A DNA stretch of 32,000 nt from Nitrosomonas europaea (GTDB lineage: Bacteria > Pseudomonadota > Gammaproteobacteria > Burkholderiales > Nitrosomonadaceae), in contig NZ_FUWK01000022.1 in assembly GCF_900167395.1 (NCBI RefSeq), positions 1 to 32,000 of the forward strand, in the 5' to 3' direction. A model generated the notes under the pieces. That model worked only from the letters and a program-made list of their open reading frames with translations, was not told the DNA's origin and searched no databases. Below, in pieces: positions 26,378-32,000 of the stretch. Made by a program: the position numbers and the translations under genes. Position 1 is the stretch's first letter; each line of letters starts with the position of its first letter.

Positions 26378-26655
26378 GTGCCACTATTCTTTTCTGGGCC
26401 GTTACCACGGCACAAATTGCTCTGGGAATTGCCATGGTACTGGCACTGGCCCGCATGATCAGCGGACCGCGTGCTCAGGACAGAGTGCTGGGGCTGGATA
26501 CACTCTACAATAACTCGATGCTGCTGATGCTCGTTTTTGGCATACGCACCGGTAATTCACTGTATTTTGAAATTTCCCTGATCATTGGTGCGCTGGGTTT
26601 TGTGGCAACCGTGGCATTGGCTAAATTTCTGATGCGCGGGGAGGTAATCGAATGA
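26374..26655 (+). CDS. mrpF: Cation/H+ antiporter subunit F
   Basis: 93 aa with three TM helices. It has the PhaF/MnhF-like pattern (GPRAQDRVLGLDTL) and an ATGA overlap. Confidence 0.85.
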   Translation: MSATILFWAVTTAQIALGIAMVLALARMISGPRAQDRVLGLDTLYNNSMLLMLVFGIRTGNSLYFEISLIIGALGFVATVALAKFLMRGEVIE

Positions 26656-27077
26656 ATCATGCTGCTGACCTGCCGATATGGGCCACATTGCTCATTGCCC
26701 TTTTTCTGCTGATCGGTGCCGGATTGACACTGGTCGGTTCATTCGGACTTTACCACTTACGCAGTTTCTACGACCGTATTCACGCACCGACTCTCGGAAC
26801 AAGCTGGGGAACAGCCGGTATCGCCATCGCTTCGGTGATTTACTTCAGTGTCGTGGAATCACAGCTCGTTCTGCATCAACTGCTGATTGGTGTATTCGTA
26901 ATGGCAACTACACCAGTAACACTGATATTGCTAAGTCGCGCCGCACTTTACCGCGATCGCACGGAAAATAATCGCGATGTCCCTCCACTGCATCCGCTCA
27001 GAAACCTGCCCCAGGCATCAGAACTGGAACAGGATTCTATGGCTACTCACAAAAATGCTGGTGAAGAGCAAAAGTAA
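26652..27077 (+). CDS. mrpG: Cation/H+ antiporter subunit G
   Basis: 141 aa, MnhG-like (FYDRIHAPTLGTSWG), with an ATGA overlap. It is the last gene of the operon. Confidence 0.85.
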   Translation: MNHAADLPIWATLLIALFLLIGAGLTLVGSFGLYHLRSFYDRIHAPTLGTSWGTAGIAIASVIYFSVVESQLVLHQLLIGVFVMATTPVTLILLSRAALYRDRTENNRDVPPLHPLRNLPQASELEQDSMATHKNAGEEQK

Positions 27078-27320
27078 TCCATGGCAGACAAACCAGGAAA
27101 CGGTCAATGAGACCTTGCAGTGTGTGAGGGAATTCAGCTGCAGGAATGATGCACGGATGAAGAAGAATGTGTTGAATTGCTCAACTTGCGAGCATCAGGA
27201 AGATTGATTGGAATAACTGCTTAAACTACCCCGGATCCCACCTTGCTTCATCCGGATCAGAAAACGAACTTCGATCGCAAATGAAACAGGGGAACCCGGA
27301 GTAATCACGAAACAACTGGC

Positions 27321-27605
27321 TTATTTGTGCATTGCACGTTTGAACATGCGATCAATTTTGGTTTCGGTATCAATCGAGCGTGCATTGGCCTCATTGGCCT
27401 TATCCATTGCCTGATTAGCGATATTGACCGCATCATTGGCGGCTGCTCTGGCAGCAGCTGCATCTGATTTCGTTGCAGAAACATTGGATTCCAGTGCATC
27501 GACACGCGATTTGAGTGCTTCAACCTCCCCGGTCGTTGCACAAGCGGACAAACCAGCACAAGCACCCACCAATACAAACATCGTTACCATTCTTTTCTTG
27601 TTCAT
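27321..27605 (-). CDS. Lpp/OprI-family alanine-zipper outer-membrane lipoprotein
   Basis: 94 aa. It has a signal peptide with lipobox LSAC (Cys22), an Ala-rich heptad coiled coil (AAAARAAANDAVNIANQAMDKANEANA), and a C-terminal Lys, as in the peptidoglycan-linked Braun lipoprotein. An AGGAG RBS is present. Confidence 0.8.
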   Translation of the reverse strand: MNKKRMVTMFVLVGACAGLSACATTGEVEALKSRVDALESNVSATKSDAAAARAAANDAVNIANQAMDKANEANARSIDTETKIDRMFKRAMHK

Positions 27606-27852
27606 TTCATCTATCTCCTTAATAAAAAAACATCACTTCACACTTTCACCCACTATTTCAAGAAAAACGTACATAACCTAACCCGATTTATAACACATTG
27701 CAATATAAATCAAATGCAATAAAAACCTGAATGTGGCCTATTGATCGGCTGGACAAACGCCATAACCCATAAAAGACTTTCTTATTTTCAATGAAATCAG
27801 AAATCACATACAAATATGACATACAGTTACATTTTTCTTGCACTCGGGGCAA

Positions 27853-28497
27853 TTAGTCGTTCCCGTCAACTTTCAGCAGTACCCTGCTCAGTTCGGCACT
27901 AGGCCGTGCCGCGATACGTTCAAACCAGGGGCCGATTTTTGGCAAATCGCGGTCGAACGGCTGATTGACCGCTACACCAAAATCCAGCCATACATAAAGC
28001 CAGATATCAGCAGCAGTAAAACGTTCACCACACAGATACGGCCCTGTTCCGAACATACCATCCAGCCAGCGCAGTCGATCCTGCGCCACACGCTTCAATC
28101 CGTCAGCCGCTTCGGGCAACACCGGGATACGGGGCTCAAACCGAGCCAACCCTTCCGCATAATGGTATGCATTATGAATAAATTCGGTAATATTGAGTTC
28201 CACCCGTCGCCACCATTGTCGGGTTTGTGCGCGCTGTTCGGGTGTATTGCCGATCAGCGCCGGTAAGGGATGAAGCTCTTCCAGATATTCTGCAATGGCA
28301 ACGGCTTCTGTTAGCGTACTACCATCATCCAGACGCAACGCCGGGGTTTGTCCTGCCGGATTGACAGCCAGATACGCCGGCTGCCGATTTTCTCCAGTCA
28401 TGACGTCCACTGTCACTGCTGACAGTTGTAACTGTTTCTCCAGCAGGAACATTCGTAAACAACGCGGCGCAGGACTGTGCGCATCATAAATCAGCAT
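27853..28497 (-). CDS. Glutathione S-transferase family protein
   Basis: 214 aa. It has an N-terminal thioredoxin-like GST fold (NPAGQTPALRLDDGSTLTEAVAIAEYLEE) and a helical C-terminal domain. Confidence 0.9.
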   Translation of the reverse strand: MLIYDAHSPAPRCLRMFLLEKQLQLSAVTVDVMTGENRQPAYLAVNPAGQTPALRLDDGSTLTEAVAIAEYLEELHPLPALIGNTPEQRAQTRQWWRRVELNITEFIHNAYHYAEGLARFEPRIPVLPEAADGLKRVAQDRLRWLDGMFGTGPYLCGERFTAADIWLYVWLDFGVAVNQPFDRDLPKIGPWFERIAARPSAELSRVLLKVDGND

Positions 28498-28760
28498 GAA
28501 TCAACTCCGTTATTGCACAAATAGAGGATAGCGAGCGTAAAAACCGGCTGACGAAGCCACGTTTGTTTTTATTCGCATGAGCATAATCCGCAAGCACAGT
28601 TCCACCCAACCCGAACCTCTCACAACCGTCCTCGCTTACGACAGGCATCATTACTTTCCTGTTCCACAATTATGCAATCAGAATACACGACATGGAAGTA
28701 CGATCGAGAAACGTGGCCAGTCAGCACATGGATAAATACAACTGCTACCCTGCACGTGCC

Positions 28761-30611
28761 TCAAGCCACTCTGGAGACTTTCTCAATCAGGGTATTATTC
28801 ATGGAGCCATTATCTGAAGCATGGTCACTGACCCATTCTATCAGCTCGTGTGCAGGCATGGGACGACCGAACAGATAACCCTGTACCTGATCACACCTCG
28901 CTTTTCTGAGGAAAGCATATTGTTCATGCGTCTCGACACCCTCTGCCACCACCCTGTGCCCCAGCGAATGTACCATCTGGACAATGGCAGTAACGATCGC
29001 TTCAGATTTTGAATTCTTGCCGATATCGTCTACCAGGGATTTATCAATCTTCAGAACGTTGAACGGCAGATGTGAAAGCTGGTACAAATTGGAGTAACCC
29101 GTACCAAAATCATCAATTGAAATTTGTGCACCAGCCTCCCGCAGTTGTTCCAGGCGCGATTTTGCCGTCGCAAAATCAGACATGATCATTGATTCAGTAA
29201 GTTCGATCTCGATAAGTAGCGGGTCAACTGCGTGTTGTTCAAGAATAGCGAGAATTTCATTTGCTATGCCGGAACGCTCGAACTGTACTGCAGAAACATT
29301 CACCGCAATGGGCATCGGCATCCCTACCTCCTGCCACGCGCGTGCCTGCCTGGCAACCATACGCAGGATATTCGTGCCAAGTGCTGGCATCAATCCGCAT
29401 TGTTCAGCTATTCCGACAAATCTGGCTGGTGGTATCGCCCCTTTTTGCGGATGTTTCCAGCGCACCAGAGCCTCGACACCCGTAACCTGCAAGGTCTGGG
29501 CATTCAGCTTGGGCTGATAATGCATGTCCAGCATATCCTCTTCAATCGCCTTGCGCAGATCGGCCTCAATCTGGCTGCGTTCAACTGCAATATTCTTGAG
29601 TGATTCATCAAAAAACCGATATTGGTTTTTACCGGATTCTTTTGCCGAGTACATAGCTATATCGGCGTTGATCAGAAGCTGCCTCGGATCATCCGAGTCC
29701 GAGGTCACCCGGGCAATACCGATACTGGCACCAATCCTCAGTTCATTGTCGCTGACCAGGAAAGGTTCGTTCACTGCTTTGAGAATATCCGCAGCGTATT
29801 TCTCGAGTACGCGTCGATGAAATTCTCCCGGCATGATTGCCACGAACTCATCTCCGGCAAAGCGAGCGAAAACAAGTTTTTCAGGACAAGTTTGGCGTAA
29901 CTCACCAAATGCTGTCGTACAATTTTCAATCTGGCCACGTGTCAGATTAAATCCCTTTTCGATGACCCTCCGACTTACCTGACGCAGCAGTTCATCCCCT
30001 CCCTCATGGCCCAATGTGTCATTGATGCGCTTAAACCCATCGAGATCGATAAACATCAGCGCACCCTTGCAATCCGCACTCCCCCGCATTCTCGCGGCAA
30101 GATCCAGAACATGGCTGACCACGGCCCGATTGGGCAATCCTGTCACAGCATCCGTATACGCCAGTGTATTGATCCGCACGATATTGGAATTGAGGCGATT
30201 CACCATTGCACGAAAACTGTCAGCGAGGCTACCGACTTCACAGGCACAATCCACATCGACCGGTCTATCGAAATCTCCCGCTGCTATGGCATCGGTACTC
30301 TTGTTGAGCTCACGTATGGTATTTGTCAGCTTATTTGCGGCAAAATACGTAATTGCCGCAGGCAGGGAGATACTCAGCAGAATTGCCACAACGACTATAC
30401 TGTCAGATGTTCCGGATTCTATTAACGGGAGTACATAGTGGTATTGCAGAAATGTACACAACGCCGTAAACACCAGAGCCATCAGCGTAAATCGGATCGG
30501 GATACTGTTTAGCCCTCTCCCCTTGATTTTTCCGCCTTCTGGAATAAAGTTCCCGCCACGGGCAGTAAAACGCGCAACCCGGATTGCATATCTAGCAATA
30601 ATCAGTTTCAC
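28761..30611 (-). CDS. Membrane-bound HAMP-GGDEF-EAL cyclic-di-GMP signalling protein (GGDEF motif reads AGDEF)
   Basis: 616 aa with two TM helices and HAMP (LTNTIRELNKSTDAIAAGDF). The GGDEF domain contains RFAGDEF at residues 250-256. The EAL domain has the full residue set EALVRW, ELTES, DDFGTGYS, KIDKSL, EGVET and QGYLFGRP. The N-terminal start is uncertain. Confidence 0.9.
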   Translation of the reverse strand: MKLIIARYAIRVARFTARGGNFIPEGGKIKGRGLNSIPIRFTLMALVFTALCTFLQYHYVLPLIESGTSDSIVVVAILLSISLPAAITYFAANKLTNTIRELNKSTDAIAAGDFDRPVDVDCACEVGSLADSFRAMVNRLNSNIVRINTLAYTDAVTGLPNRAVVSHVLDLAARMRGSADCKGALMFIDLDGFKRINDTLGHEGGDELLRQVSRRVIEKGFNLTRGQIENCTTAFGELRQTCPEKLVFARFAGDEFVAIMPGEFHRRVLEKYAADILKAVNEPFLVSDNELRIGASIGIARVTSDSDDPRQLLINADIAMYSAKESGKNQYRFFDESLKNIAVERSQIEADLRKAIEEDMLDMHYQPKLNAQTLQVTGVEALVRWKHPQKGAIPPARFVGIAEQCGLMPALGTNILRMVARQARAWQEVGMPMPIAVNVSAVQFERSGIANEILAILEQHAVDPLLIEIELTESMIMSDFATAKSRLEQLREAGAQISIDDFGTGYSNLYQLSHLPFNVLKIDKSLVDDIGKNSKSEAIVTAIVQMVHSLGHRVVAEGVETHEQYAFLRKARCDQVQGYLFGRPMPAHELIEWVSDHASDNGSMNNTLIEKVSRVA

Positions 30612-30991
30612 CAGTTTTCCTTTTTGCTTGAATACCCCGGGGCTCTAAATGTTGCCGGCTGGTTTAGGATAATTTCATTTTTGTATTATTTCGATCACTG
30701 AAGGTAAAACGGACAAATATATGAAACCTTTATAAACTTGTGTAATTCATGAGCCATGGGATGATGATTTCTGCGTAACGTGGAATTTCCCATATCTGTC
30801 GTATCTACATGACAGCATGACAGGAGATGCAGTCACAGGAGCGTCAATTCCCTTCCGGCATGACATCACCGGAATAAAGTAGTAGCGTCCACAGTGCTAC
30901 ACTACCGCAGTGTATAAATACAATGATTTGCGGACATCTTCGAACTACCCTCCGATTCACCTACTGTTACCAGAAAATTGACACTATTCCT

Positions 30992-31411
30992 ATGAATGAG
31001 AATGCCAGTCTGCTGGCACTTTTTACCAGCAGTTTTCTTGCGGCAACGTTACTACCGGGAGGATCTGAAGCTGTGCTGGCTGGGGTGCTGGTTGCTTATC
31101 CCGATCTGTTCTGGCCAGCATTGAACATCGCCACGCTCGGTAATACGCTGGGGGGAATGAGTTCTTATGTGATTGGTCGTTTGCTGCCCGACGAACAGGC
31201 GCTGTCAGAGAAGATTGGTCGCCATGTTCACGGGCTGGAGTGGATACGCCGCCATGGGGCACCCGTGTTATTTCTGTCCTGGCTGCCACTGATCGGCGAC
31301 ATATTGTGCGTAGCCGCCGGATGGTTGCGGATCCACTGGGCCTCAGCAGCACTTTTCATTGCTGCAGGTAAATTTGCAAGATACTGGGTAATTGCTTTAG
31401 CAATCAGTTAG
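30992..31411 (+). CDS. YqaA-family (DedA/SNARE-associated-like) membrane protein
   Basis: The start is taken at MNENASLLALFTSSFLAATLLPGGSEAVL, where LPGGSE is the typical YqaA N-terminal motif. The track ORF begins 69 nt upstream. Confidence 0.8.
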   Translation: MNENASLLALFTSSFLAATLLPGGSEAVLAGVLVAYPDLFWPALNIATLGNTLGGMSSYVIGRLLPDEQALSEKIGRHVHGLEWIRRHGAPVLFLSWLPLIGDILCVAAGWLRIHWASAALFIAAGKFARYWVIALAIS

Positions 31412-31444
31412 TACAATTGGTACACGGATCGGCTCATTGCCCGA

Positions 31445-31753
31445 TCATTTCTCAAACAGCTTCTGCAATTCTCCATTCTGATACATTTCGGACATGATGT
31501 CCGACCCACCGATAAATTCCCCGTTGACATACAACTGGGGAATCGTAGGCCAGCTGGAATAATCCTTGATGCCCTGACGTATTTCCGGGTCAGCCAGCAC
31601 ATTTACTGCAAAAAAATCCTCAACCCCGCAAGCATTCAATATCCGTATCGCGTTGGCGGAAAAACCACACTGTGGTTGCTGCGGCGTACCTTTCATATAT
31701 AAAACCACCGGGTGTGACGATACTTGTTTCTCAATAGAATCAACGACATCCAT
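31445..31753 (-). CDS. grxD: Monothiol glutaredoxin, Grx4 family
   Basis: 102 aa with the CGFS active site (PQCGFS), WPTIPQLY and GGSDI motifs. Confidence 0.95.
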   Translation of the reverse strand: MDVVDSIEKQVSSHPVVLYMKGTPQQPQCGFSANAIRILNACGVEDFFAVNVLADPEIRQGIKDYSSWPTIPQLYVNGEFIGGSDIMSEMYQNGELQKLFEK

Positions 31754-31916
31754 ATTTTATCTTCTCCTTGAATTTTACAAAGCAGTCATATATTTCATAA
31801 CCAACCGATATTCCAACTGACTCATCTCATACAAAAACTTCTTTCCTTTCATTTATTCATTTGAGTTTATGTATTCATAACAATTCACAAATCATGTCAC
31901 AAATTCTTATCGAGAC

Positions 31917-32000
31917 TCATTCATACTGCCCACCAGTTACCCTGTCTGTACCGGCAATATCCGGTCGGGTAAACAAGTGGGTAAAACCAGCTTTAGCCAG
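31917..32000 (-). CDS. prmC: C-terminal end of a probable release-factor glutamine methyltransferase PrmC/HemK (partial; continues beyond the window end)
   Basis: The reverse-strand reading ...LAKAGFTHLFTRPDIAGTDRVTGGQYE* follows the PrmC C-terminal pattern (compare E. coli ...LAGYHDVETCRDYGDNERVTLGRYYQ*). Only 27 codons are visible. Confidence 0.5.
   Translation of the reverse strand: MAKAGFTHLFTRPDIAGTDRVTGGQYE

Noticed and set aside
26977-27207. 76-aa ORF running past the mrpG stop
   Set aside because: It overlaps the mrpG 3' end out of frame, has no RBS and has no recognisable features.
27231-27262. Possible terminator hairpin CCGGAT...ATCCGG between mrpG and the lipoprotein gene
   Set aside because: It has only a 6-bp stem with a 13-nt loop and no U-tract on either strand, which is too weak to call.
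28484-28878. Small ORFs 28484..28669 (-) and 28672..28878 (+) between the GST and GGDEF-EAL genes
   Set aside because: They have no RBS and no motifs, and one runs into the EAL gene 3' end. They most likely fall in the GST promoter and EAL-gene terminator region.
1-32000. Search for CRISPR arrays, tRNA/rRNA genes, prophage or integron structures
   Set aside because: I saw no regularly spaced direct repeats, no tRNA-like cloverleaf candidates (for example no GTTCGAATC-type T-arms in intergenic regions), no rRNA, and no integrase or attC-like elements when reading the intergenic regions.

Overview
This is a 32 kb proteobacterial chromosomal segment. Gene content and local synteny (zapB-like/zapA/6S RNA, prmC-grxD, split macAB, six-gene Mrp/Pha antiporter) suggest a beta-proteobacterium, possibly Nitrosomonas-like, but I cannot verify this without a database. 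Most of the window is housekeeping: queH, catalase, nadB, ilvE, phosphomanno/phosphoglucomutase, nadE, bepA-like M48 protease, MacA/ABC efflux, mrpA-G, an Lpp/OprI-like lipoprotein, GST, a GGDEF-EAL protein, yqaA-like, grxD and the prmC tail. The ORF track misses one RNA gene, a 6S RNA (ssrS) on the minus strand at about 8846-9027. The left 4 kb is the part that stands out. A truncated IS transposase (1-205) sits two genes away from a tightly overlapped three-gene cassette (1286-3805). The cassette encodes an effector-less ABC/AAA_21-type ATPase with a DUF3696-like tail, a PIN-like nuclease with an intact acidic active site, and a minimal stand-alone ATP-dependent RNA ligase (KxDG Lys45). I propose this triad as a candidate undescribed RNA-cleavage/RNA-resealing conflict system (defence or toxin-antitoxin-like). 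All calls rest on motif recognition by eye; no searches were run.
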